From an uncultured Erysipelotrichaceae bacterium (lineage in GTDB: Bacteria; Bacillota_I; Bacilli_A; Erysipelotrichales; Erysipelotrichaceae): a stretch of DNA of 32,000 bases. The position numbers and the translations under genes were made by a program. The notes beneath the pieces are model-generated. The model did not search any database. It was given only the letters and a program-made list of their open reading frames with translations, and had not been told where the DNA came from. The stretch covers positions 1,170,001-1,202,000 of the forward strand of contig OW818653.1 in NCBI GenBank assembly GCA_942492995.1. Reading direction: 5' to 3'. This document shows, piece by piece, positions 9,110 through 16,708 of this stretch (position 1 is its first letter; the number at the start of each line of letters is the position of its first letter).

Positions 9110-9120
9110 GAGATTAAAGT

Positions 9121-9792
9121 ATGACATTCAGTGAAATTTTTAAGAATAATTTTTTAGAACAAATGAGTGAATTCTCAATGATTGATTCACTTATCGCATT
9201 AGGTGCCGCTTTCTTATTAGGTTTACTAATCTACACATTATATAAACGCACGTTTAAAGGTGTAATGTATTCAGAATCATTCAATCTATCATTAATATTA
9301 CTAACCCTTCTAACAACATTTATCATACTTGCGGTCACATCAAACGTTGTATTATCACTAGGTATGGTTGGGGCATTATCAATTGTTCGTTTTAGGACTG
9401 CGATAAAAGACCCTCTTGACCTTGTGTACTTATTTTGGGCTATTGGTGGAGGAATTGTGGTTGGGGCTGGAATGATTCCATTAGCTCTAGTTGGATCATT
9501 CTTTATTGCCCTAATCCTATGGATTAAGTCGAGTGTTAGTGATAAAAACCAACCTTATTTAGTGATTATCCATACCAATGAAGAGAAAGCAGAAATAAAA
9601 GCCCAATCAATTTTATTTAGAAGAGCTTATAAAATTCGATTGAAATCTAAAACTAAAAACAAGATCGAAACAGAATTAATCTTTGAAATACAGTTAAACA
9701 ATCAAGATAATGCGTTTATCAATGAAATAGCAGCGATTGTTGGGATTACAAACGTTCAATGTGTTAGTTACAACGGTGATTTCAATGAATAA
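9121..9792 (+). CDS. DUF4956 domain membrane protein
   Basis: Several TM helices and the highly conserved SIVRFRTAIKDPLDLVYLFWAIGGGIVVGAG block. A soluble C-terminal domain of about 80 aa follows. It lies 12 nt downstream of the VTC gene. Confidence 0.8.
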   Translation: MTFSEIFKNNFLEQMSEFSMIDSLIALGAAFLLGLLIYTLYKRTFKGVMYSESFNLSLILLTLLTTFIILAVTSNVVLSLGMVGALSIVRFRTAIKDPLDLVYLFWAIGGGIVVGAGMIPLALVGSFFIALILWIKSSVSDKNQPYLVIIHTNEEKAEIKAQSILFRRAYKIRLKSKTKNKIETELIFEIQLNNQDNAFINEIAAIVGITNVQCVSYNGDFNE

Positions 9793-9892
9793 ATTAATCA
9801 TTGTGTGTATTATCTTGCTTACCCAATTTACAGGTTGTACTCAAGTAGATACACAGACACAGACAAGTCAAAAAACAGAAAGTAGAAACTAA
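9785..9892 (+). CDS. 35-aa mini-lipoprotein candidate
   Basis: Not in the ORF track (too short). It reads MNKLIIVCIILLTQFTGCTQVDTQTQTSQKTESRN, i.e. a signal peptide plus the lipobox F-T-G-C. A GGTGAT SD-like element lies 4 nt upstream. It overlaps the DUF4956 stop by 8 nt. It could be a remnant rather than a functional gene. Confidence 0.35.
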   Translation: MNKLIIVCIILLTQFTGCTQVDTQTQTSQKTESRN

Positions 9893-9898
9893 AGAGTT

Positions 9899-10186
9899 AT
9901 GAAACATAGATTCATTATCGGAATATTATTATTAAGTTTATTCGGCGCGTGTACACAGGAAGTTGTAAGTGTCGAGGATGAAGATGAGTCAATCATGGAA
10001 GATGAAACAAAAGAAGAATCTGAATCAGCCGTTGAAAATGAAACAGAAGAAGAATCTGAATCAATCGAGTTGAATACAACTGAAGATACACAAACTAAGA
10101 CAAGTAAACAAAAACGTCATAGTGCTATTGAAAGTGAATCAACTTTAATTAGCGCTTACGATTTATACGAAAATGAGGAGATTTAA
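9899..10186 (+). CDS. Small, highly acidic (Glu/Asp-rich) lipoprotein
   Basis: Signal peptide MKHRFIIGILLLSLFGAC with lipobox L-F-G-A-C. The mature part is dominated by E/D/S/T and contains a 36-nt tandem repeat. Confidence 0.6.
   Translation: MKHRFIIGILLLSLFGACTQEVVSVEDEDESIMEDETKEESESAVENETEEESESIELNTTEDTQTKTSKQKRHSAIESESTLISAYDLYENEEI
10001..10072 (+). repeat. 2 x 36-nt in-frame tandem repeat (DETKEESESAVE / NETEEESESIEL)
   Basis: gatgaaacaaaagaagaatctgaatca... at 10001 and aatgaaacagaagaagaatctgaatca... at 10037. Aligned by eye. Confidence 0.7.
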
Positions 10187-10187
10187 C

Positions 10188-11951
10188 ATGAAAAACAAGT
10201 TAACAATAGGATTAATATTATTAAGTTTATTTACTGCATGTGTATCAGATACAGATGTTGTTCAAGAAGAAACGAACACAACTGAAGTCACAAATGATGT
10301 AGAAGTATTATCGAGCATCACAATTGAATATAACGAAGATGATTTATTAATGGAATATACTGACTTTGAAGTTATTACCCTAGAATCAAGTTCTATCAGT
10401 TATACCGGTTCAAATGCGACAATCGATGGGACTACACTTACAATTACGAAAGCTGGTACTTACAAGGTTATTGGAACACTAGATGATGGAATGATTGTGG
10501 TAAATGCTGGACAAGAAGAAGATGTCGTTATTGTGCTAGATAATGCGACAATTCACAATGAAGATGGACCTGCAATATCGGTATTGCAAGCAGATAAAGT
10601 AATTATAAACTTAGCTGATGGAAGTTCAAATTCATTAAGTGATGGGTCGAGTTATACATTATTAGATGGCGAAGATGAACCAAATGCGACACTTTATAGT
10701 AAAGATGATCTAACAATTAATGGCTTAGGTTCTTTAACCATTGATTCTAATTATAATCATGGGATTTATACAAAAGATGATTTGAAACTTGTGTCAGGTA
10801 CTATTACAGTTAATGCAGTTAATGATGGTATAAAAGGTAAAAACTTTATTGCGGTAAAAGATGCGAACATTACTGTTAATGCGAATGGAGATGGACTCCA
10901 ATCCAATAATACAGAAGATACGACAAAAGGATATGTTGTGATCGATGGTGGAAACATCATAATCACTGCTGGATTAGATGGTATTCAAGCTGAAACACAA
11001 CTCGTTGTATCTGATGGTACTATTTCAATTGAATCTGGGAGTGAAGCAGATAGTACTGAAAGTGGAAAAAGTTTAAAAGCTACAGTTCAAGTTGAGATTT
11101 TAGGTGGTGAAATTACCTTAAACTCATTAAGTGATGATGCGATTCACTCAAATAATACAGTCATTATTAAAGGTGGAAAATTAACCTTAAACGCAAATGA
11201 TGATGCGATTCATTCAGATAGTTTATTACAAATAGATGATGGCACAATAAACATCCAATCATCTTATGAAGGACTTGAAGGTAATACGATTATTATAAAT
11301 GGAGGCGATATTGAACTTATCGCAAGTGATGATGGAGTTAATACAGCTGGAGGAAATGATAGTAGTGGAAGTACATCACCTAATGGAAGAGAAGATATGT
11401 TCGCAAGTGATGGTAGTACACTAACCATCAATGGTGGTAATTTGGTTGTTAATGCGAATGGGGATGGGTTAGATTCGAATGGATCAATTGTACAAAATGG
11501 TGGGACTGTAATCGTTTATGGTCCTACTAATAGTGGAAATGGGTCACTTGACTATAATTCATCCTATACATTGAACGCTGGAACATTACTCGCTGTTGGT
11601 AGTAATGGAATGGCACAGAATGTATCTGAATCCAAACTATATGCATTCTTACTCGGTACAACTACAATTGAAGCTGATACATGGGTAAGTATTGTACAAG
11701 ATGGGAATACACTTGTTAGTTTCAAATCACCTAAGGCATATCAAACAATCGTATTCGCATCAAACGAATTAACAAGTAGCGATGTTAGTATTGTGTCAGG
11801 TGGTACGTTAGATACATCTGAATCAATTGTGTTTAACTCTCCATTAAATGGTGGATCTGAGCTTACCACATTAACATTGACTGACATCATTACGAATAGT
11901 ATTGTGGGAAGTACCCAAACTCCGGGTCAAAAACCAGGAAGACCAAACTAA
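10188..11951 (+). CDS. Cthe_2159/DUF4353-like right-handed beta-helix lipoprotein (annotated in databases as carbohydrate-binding domain-containing protein)
   Basis: Signal peptide MKNKLTIGLILLSLFTAC (lipobox). There are at least ten periodic turn motifs: DGPAIS, NHGIYT, NDGIKG, GDGLQS, LDGIQA, DDAIHS (twice), YEGLEG, DDGVNT and GDGLDS. AGGAG SD precedes ATG 10188, so ORF track start 10173 is rejected. Confidence 0.7.
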   Translation: MKNKLTIGLILLSLFTACVSDTDVVQEETNTTEVTNDVEVLSSITIEYNEDDLLMEYTDFEVITLESSSISYTGSNATIDGTTLTITKAGTYKVIGTLDDGMIVVNAGQEEDVVIVLDNATIHNEDGPAISVLQADKVIINLADGSSNSLSDGSSYTLLDGEDEPNATLYSKDDLTINGLGSLTIDSNYNHGIYTKDDLKLVSGTITVNAVNDGIKGKNFIAVKDANITVNANGDGLQSNNTEDTTKGYVVIDGGNIIITAGLDGIQAETQLVVSDGTISIESGSEADSTESGKSLKATVQVEILGGEITLNSLSDDAIHSNNTVIIKGGKLTLNANDDAIHSDSLLQIDDGTINIQSSYEGLEGNTIIINGGDIELIASDDGVNTAGGNDSSGSTSPNGREDMFASDGSTLTINGGNLVVNANGDGLDSNGSIVQNGGTVIVYGPTNSGNGSLDYNSSYTLNAGTLLAVGSNGMAQNVSESKLYAFLLGTTTIEADTWVSIVQDGNTLVSFKSPKAYQTIVFASNELTSSDVSIVSGGTLDTSESIVFNSPLNGGSELTTLTLTDIITNSIVGSTQTPGQKPGRPN

Positions 11952-11974
11952 AAGGACAATTAAGTCCTTTTTTA
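11951..11974. terminator. Bidirectional terminator hairpin between convergent genes
   Basis: AAAGGAC-AATTAA-GTCCTTT followed by TTT on the plus strand. The AKR stop codon abuts it on the other strand. Confidence 0.6.
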
Positions 11975-12775
11975 TAAAGTATCTAGAAAATCTAAGGATT
12001 CCTTTGGAATTTCAAACTCTAATGATGCATTTTCTTCCATTCTACCTTTATGTGTTGTTTTAGGAAGTGGTAATGTTCCCTTTTCGATACAATATCGTAT
12101 ACAAAGTTGTGCAACACTTACACCTAATTGATCCGCAACTTCTTTTATCTTTTCGTCATTAAATACTTTACCTGTCGCAAGTGGTGAATAAGCTTCTACT
12201 AGAATATTATGTTTATTACAGAATTCAACCGTTTCCTTTTGAGTTAATCCAATGAAATATCGAATTTGATTTACCATTGGGACAATATCACAATTATCAA
12301 GGATTGCCTGTATATCTTTTGGAGAGAAATTAGATACTCCAATTGATCGAATCTTACCTTCTTTGTATAAAACTTCCATCGCTTTCCAAGATTCAATATT
12401 TTCTTTTGTACAATCTTTGCCCATTTTATCCCATGGCCAAGGTGCATGAATTAAATACAAATCAAGATAATCGAGTCCTAAATCACTCATTGTTTCATTA
12501 AATGCCTTTAATGTAACATCGTATCCTTTTATCTCAGCAGGTAATTTACTTGTCACAAAGATATCTTCTCTATTTAGCCCAGAGTCTTTTATCGCCTTAC
12601 CAACAGCTCTCTCATTACGATACGCTTTTGCGGTATCAACATGTCGATATCCAATCGATAATGCGTCCAAAGTTGTTTGGTATGCTTCAGAGTTTGGAAT
12701 CTGCCAAGTTCCATATCCAACTTTAGGAATCTTTATACCATTATAAAGTGTATATACTTCAGTTAATTGTTTCAT
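11972..12775 (-). CDS. Aldo/keto reductase (2,5-diketo-D-gluconate reductase / glyoxal reductase-like)
   Basis: GYGTWQ, GYRHVDTAKAYRNE, LDYLDLYLIHAP, SIGVSNF and similar blocks. 267 aa. Confidence 0.9.
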   Translation of the reverse strand: MKQLTEVYTLYNGIKIPKVGYGTWQIPNSEAYQTTLDALSIGYRHVDTAKAYRNERAVGKAIKDSGLNREDIFVTSKLPAEIKGYDVTLKAFNETMSDLGLDYLDLYLIHAPWPWDKMGKDCTKENIESWKAMEVLYKEGKIRSIGVSNFSPKDIQAILDNCDIVPMVNQIRYFIGLTQKETVEFCNKHNILVEAYSPLATGKVFNDEKIKEVADQLGVSVAQLCIRYCIEKGTLPLPKTTHKGRMEENASLEFEIPKESLDFLDTL

Positions 12776-12809
12776 AGAATTCCTCCTGACTTAATTATAA
12801 ACTAATTTA

Positions 12810-13547
12810 CTATTTAAGTTTGAATCCTTTCGAACTTAAGAATGCATTCATCTGAGGTCTCAATGTATTACTAAAATAATGTGCCATTTGATATGTCCAA
12901 TTTTCACTCTTATTATTTGATGATCTTTTTGAATAGTATACTTCCATTTCTTTATCATAATTTAATAAGTTTTGAATTGATTTATCCATATTATATTCAT
13001 TTAAATGCACAACTTCATTCATCGGTAAGCGTGGTTTAACTTCATTAATCTTATTAGGATAACCCAAACTTAAGCCAAACAACGCAAAAGATTTACTCGG
13101 TAATTTCAATATATCAGATATTTCTTTTGGATAATTACGAATAACACCGGTATAAACTCCACCCAATCCTAACGATTCTGCCGCTATCATCATGGTTTGT
13201 GCAGCTAAAGTTGTATCAACTGTCGCAATCAATAATGCTTCACTTTCAAGGGATCCCATTTCAATATTATGGTGCTTTGTGATTTGTTCATGTCTTGATA
13301 AATCTGCCACAAACACAAAGTAAACTGGTGCTTCAATAATATGTTTAGGATTATCTAAGAGTTCGGCAATTTTATTTCGAATGGATAAATCTGTAATTTG
13401 AATCATTGAATAGGCTTGAACAAAATGTGAAGATGATGCGGCTTGTGCACATTTAATAAGTGTCTCAACAATCTCCTCACTCACTTTCTCTTTCGTAAAT
13501 GATCGAACTGATGTATGCGATAAAATGGATTGGATGGTTAGGTTCAT
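12810..13547 (-). CDS. NfsA/NfrA-like oxygen-insensitive NADPH nitroreductase
   Basis: HTSVRSFT at the N-terminus and the nitroreductase fold pattern, 245 aa. AAGGAG SD. TGATAGAAT extended -10 at about 13579..13571. Confidence 0.85.
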   Translation of the reverse strand: MNLTIQSILSHTSVRSFTKEKVSEEIVETLIKCAQAASSSHFVQAYSMIQITDLSIRNKIAELLDNPKHIIEAPVYFVFVADLSRHEQITKHHNIEMGSLESEALLIATVDTTLAAQTMMIAAESLGLGGVYTGVIRNYPKEISDILKLPSKSFALFGLSLGYPNKINEVKPRLPMNEVVHLNEYNMDKSIQNLLNYDKEMEVYYSKRSSNNKSENWTYQMAHYFSNTLRPQMNAFLSSKGFKLK

Positions 13548-13590
13548 AAATACTCCTTATCTTTAATATTCTATCATAGATTGATTTCAC

Positions 13591-13616
13591 AAAAAAAAGG
13601 AACCCTGAGGTTCCTT
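13591..13616 (-). terminator. Rho-independent terminator of the purine permease gene
   Basis: Minus strand AAGGAACC-TCAG-GGTTCCTT followed by TTTTTTT. Confidence 0.75.
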
Positions 13617-13636
13617 TAGTCTATAATTATTTAAAA

Positions 13637-15019
13637 TTAAAGTGCAGCTAAGACAAAGTTCAATAAGAACAATAATGCAGCAACACCCAAGATTGGATGA
13701 ATTTCTTTTGTTTTACCAGTAACAACTTTGATCATTGCATAAGCAATAAACGCAAAACCAATACCTGTTGAAATATTGTAAGTGAATGCCATGAAAGCAG
13801 CTGCGAAGAATGCAGGAACAGCTTCAGAGAAATCACTCCAGTTAATATCAGCAAATGAACTAGCCATTAAGATACCAACGATAACAAGGATAGGACCTGT
13901 TGCGGCTGCTGGAACTAATCCAACAAATGGAGCAACGAAGATTGAGACTAAGAATAGAACAGCAACTGTAACAGCGGTTAAACCAGTACGTCCGCCTTCT
14001 TCAATACCAGCTGCAGATTCAATATAAGTAGTTGTATTAGATGTACCTAGTAAAGCACCAACGGAAGTTGCGATTGAATCCGCAAATAACGCTTTATCCA
14101 TACGACTTGAGAAACCTTTACCGTTTTCAAGTGCAGCTTCATCTTCTGCAGAGAAAATACCAGAACGACGACCTGTACCAATGAATGTACCGATTGTATC
14201 AAATGTATCAGATAAACTGAATGCGAAGATTGTAGTAAGAACTACAGGTAAACGTGAAGCATCAGTGAATAATGAAGGAATACCAACAGTAACACCTTTA
14301 CCAAACACATCACCTAACGCTGTGAATGCAGCACCGATTGAACTAAAATCTAAGCTAGCAGCAGATAGATTAACTACGCCTAGAGGAATACCAATTAATG
14401 TAGTAGCAACAATAGAAATCAACATAGCCCCTTTAACTTTTTTAACAAGTAAAACAATCGCTAGTACTAGACCGATTAAGAATAAAACTTGGTGTGGTTG
14501 TTTGAATGCCAATAATTCAGTATAACCTGTACCGAATTCTGAGAATGGGGATAATAGTAACATTTTCGCATCATTTAGACCAATGAATGCGATGAATAAA
14601 CCAATACCACCACCAATTGCGTGTTGAAGGGATAAAGGAATCGATTTAACAATATGCTTACGGATACGTGTAACCGTAATTAGAATGTTAATGATACCAC
14701 AGATGAATACCATACCTAATGCTTCAAATGGAGTAAATCCTAAACCAAATACAACAACGAATGTAAAGAATGCATTAAGACCCATTCCTGGAGCTAAAGC
14801 ATAAGGAACATTTGCGAATAACCCCATCACAAGTGTACCAATTGCGGACGCAAATACAGTCGCTAAGAATAAAGCCCCCTTATCAAGACCGGTATTAGCC
14901 AAAATACTAGGGTTTACAATAAGAATGTATGCCATAGTAAAGAATGTCGTAAAACCAGCAATGATTTCAGTACGTACGTTTGTTCCATACTGTTTTAATT
15001 TAAAAAACTTTTCCATCAT
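13637..15019 (-). CDS. NCS2/AzgA-family purine (guanine/hypoxanthine) permease, PbuG/PbuO-like
   Basis: The N-terminus FFKLKQYGTNVRTEIIAGFTTFFTMAYILIVNPSIL is typical of AzgA-type permeases. About 13 TM helices. A guanine riboswitch precedes it. Confidence 0.9.
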   Translation of the reverse strand: MMEKFFKLKQYGTNVRTEIIAGFTTFFTMAYILIVNPSILANTGLDKGALFLATVFASAIGTLVMGLFANVPYALAPGMGLNAFFTFVVVFGLGFTPFEALGMVFICGIINILITVTRIRKHIVKSIPLSLQHAIGGGIGLFIAFIGLNDAKMLLLSPFSEFGTGYTELLAFKQPHQVLFLIGLVLAIVLLVKKVKGAMLISIVATTLIGIPLGVVNLSAASLDFSSIGAAFTALGDVFGKGVTVGIPSLFTDASRLPVVLTTIFAFSLSDTFDTIGTFIGTGRRSGIFSAEDEAALENGKGFSSRMDKALFADSIATSVGALLGTSNTTTYIESAAGIEEGGRTGLTAVTVAVLFLVSIFVAPFVGLVPAAATGPILVIVGILMASSFADINWSDFSEAVPAFFAAAFMAFTYNISTGIGFAFIAYAMIKVVTGKTKEIHPILGVAALLFLLNFVLAAL

Positions 15020-15055
15020 CTCTCCTCTTTCTTTCTGTACTCTGATTACACAACA

Positions 15056-15186
15056 ACAAAAAAAGTCGGGAGAAACCGACTCAATCTTTATAAATTAGAT
15101 TGATCGCTTCAACCACAGTAGTCGGTTCGTTTAAGGTGACCCGGTAGAGACTGTCCCACCATATTAGGGACATTATATTGCTGGTT
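15056..15186 (-). promoter_or_regulatory. Purine riboswitch, guanine/hypoxanthine class, with terminator expression platform
   Basis: Minus strand reads AAUAUAAUGUCCCUAAUAUGGUGGGACAGUCUCUACCGGGUCACCUUAAACGAACCGACUACUGUGG. This matches the G-box core UAUAAU...AUAUGG...GUxUCUACC...CCGACUA with C at the specificity position (CCGACUA, not UUGAUUA). Terminator GAGUCGG-UUUCU-CCCGACU plus U7 is at 15056..15083. Its 5' arm can alternatively pair with the P3 3' strand. Confidence 0.85.
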
Positions 15187-15204
15187 AATTGTGAATACTT
15201 TTAG

Positions 15205-15233
15205 AGTATAAATAAAAAAGAGTTTAAAGTCAA
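15205..15233 (-). promoter_or_regulatory. Sigma-A-type promoter of the riboswitch/permease unit
   Basis: TTGACT, 17 nt, TATACT on the minus strand. Confidence 0.55.
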
Positions 15234-15283
15234 TGTGATTTTTCACATAATGATGTAGAATTTTCCACAATTCTCTAATAATA

Positions 15284-15310
15284 CAAAAAAATAGAGCAAT
15301 TATGCTCTAT
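15284..15310 (-). terminator. Terminator of the marR/FMN-binding/flavodoxin operon
   Basis: Minus strand ATAGAGCA-TAAT-TGCTCTAT followed by TTTTTTTG. The flavodoxin stop codon lies in the loop. Confidence 0.65.
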
Positions 15311-15782
15311 TAAATTGATTTACGATATCCAAAGTACGATTTGGATACGTTGGATAAGGTTTTGCGTCTGGTTGCGATTTCTCAATATTACTAATTATGA
15401 ACTTATAAAAGAAATTTAATTTCTCTTTTTGAATCTTACCACCTAAGTACGTAATAGAAGACGCATGTTCCACAAGAGCTTCGGGAAAGTTATTCTTAAC
15501 TTGTAAATCAAAGTTCTCTTCAGATCCACACGCTAGAAATAAACTTATCTTTTTACCCATTAGAACAGTTAGATTCTTAGACACAAAATCCTTTAATTTA
15601 CGATCCATTTGTCCAATATAGATTGAACTTCCTAAGATAACACCTTCGTATTTACTTAGATCAATTCTATTTGAACTGTTAATATTAATCGAATCAAACT
15701 CGTTATTCGATTCAACAATCATCTTCTTAACCAATTCTTCTGTATAACCATACTTACTAGCATAGATAATTAGTGTTTTCAT
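15300..15782 (-). CDS. Flavodoxin-domain protein
   Basis: MKTLIIYASKYGYTEE start, alternating beta/alpha pattern, 160 aa. ATGA overlap with the upstream gene. Confidence 0.75.
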   Translation of the reverse strand: MKTLIIYASKYGYTEELVKKMIVESNNEFDSININSSNRIDLSKYEGVILGSSIYIGQMDRKLKDFVSKNLTVLMGKKISLFLACGSEENFDLQVKNNFPEALVEHASSITYLGGKIQKEKLNFFYKFIISNIEKSQPDAKPYPTYPNRTLDIVNQFNRA

Positions 15783-16171
15783 TTACTTTCCTCCAGTGCA
15801 TTTTCAATTGATTTTAGATATGCAAGACTAGTTACTGTTGAACCTGTTTCAATATCAACATCCAATGTTTGATTCATAATGACATTATTGAATAAGCGTT
15901 GCGTTAATTCATCAAGTTGTATCATCACATCATCAATTACAACAATATTCTCGATACGATGATTCACAATAGTTACTTCAACTGTGTTACTCCAACGTGT
16001 TAGATCATAGGACCCCGTGTATGTTCCATCTTCCACATTCTCTAGATTAATTTGATTTATCTCAACAGCTTTACCCTTTTCCATTCCATTCATTAATACG
16101 ATAATTGCGACAATCACAATTACACCTAACATTCCTATAAATCCTATGAATATCTTTAGCCAAACTTTCAT
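15779..16171 (-). CDS. Membrane-anchored FMN-binding domain protein
   Basis: An N-terminal TM helix, then GTYTGS...VEVTIVNHRIENIVV...TGSTVTSLAYLKSIENAL. This matches the FMN_bind pattern with T-[GA]-[AS]-T-x-[ST] near the C-terminus. Confidence 0.7.
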   Translation of the reverse strand: MKVWLKIFIGFIGMLGVIVIVAIIVLMNGMEKGKAVEINQINLENVEDGTYTGSYDLTRWSNTVEVTIVNHRIENIVVIDDVMIQLDELTQRLFNNVIMNQTLDVDIETGSTVTSLAYLKSIENALEESK

Positions 16172-16629
16172 TCCGATTCCTCCATTTTCCCAAGATTCTC
16201 ACTTAATTGATTAAATACTTTTCTAACGACATTTAATTCTTCTTCACTAATATTTTCAAATAACTTTGACATGAATATGTTTGAATCTTGATCTGTTTTT
16301 TGCCAGAATTCAACACTATTCTCAGTTAGACATACACGTGTTGTCCGTGCGTCATGCGGATCCTTATACATTGATAATAAATCTTTATCCTGTAACTTCA
16401 ACGCCACTTGTTTAACATTTTGATGAGAGGAACCACTTTCTCTCGCTAGTTCCTTTAAGGAAGGATCACGTTCAAACAATGATGCGACACAGATGGATAA
16501 GAACCATTGTTTAGAACTCACATTGTATTTCTGAAGCGCTCTTTCTAATAATGTATCTACACGATTCGCTAATACAAATAAACTACCGAAAATATATTGT
16601 ATATTTGGGATTTGATCTAGTTTTGGCAT
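16168..16629 (-). CDS. MarR-family transcriptional regulator
   Basis: Winged HTH region SLKELARESGSSHQNVKQVALKLQDKDLLSMYKDPHDARTTRVCLT. 153 aa. Confidence 0.85.
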   Translation of the reverse strand: MPKLDQIPNIQYIFGSLFVLANRVDTLLERALQKYNVSSKQWFLSICVASLFERDPSLKELARESGSSHQNVKQVALKLQDKDLLSMYKDPHDARTTRVCLTENSVEFWQKTDQDSNIFMSKLFENISEEELNVVRKVFNQLSENLGKMEESE

Positions 16630-16639
16630 ACATTTCCTT

Positions 16640-16691
16640 TAGGTAACACATTACCTATATAGATAATATATTACCTATTTATGCTTGTCAA
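16640..16691 (-). promoter_or_regulatory. marR operon promoter (TTGACA-17-TATTAT) with perfect 7-4-7 palindrome TAGGTAA-TGTG-TTACCTA and an extra TAGGTAA half-site
   Basis: -35 at 16691..16686, -10 at 16668..16663. The palindrome at 16657..16640 lies between the -10 and the SD. A third TAGGTAA (16678..16672) sits in the spacer. Confidence 0.5.
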
Positions 16692-16708
16692 TAAAAAATA
16701 TCAACTTT

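Noticed and set aside
9961-10140. The Glu-rich repeat region as a possible CRISPR-like or minisatellite array
   Set aside because: There are only two in-frame 36-nt units with no spacer architecture. They are fully explained as a coding tandem repeat.
10766-10966. Minus-strand 66-aa ORF inside the beta-helix lipoprotein gene
   Set aside because: It is an antisense shadow ORF in a repeat-rich coding region, with no expression signals.
13782-14525. Plus-strand ORFs 13782..14027 and 14181..14525 inside the purine permease gene
   Set aside because: They are antisense to a highly conserved NCS2 permease. Their A/T/P-rich translations are the typical mirror image of a Gly/Ala/Val-rich membrane protein. 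There are no start signals.
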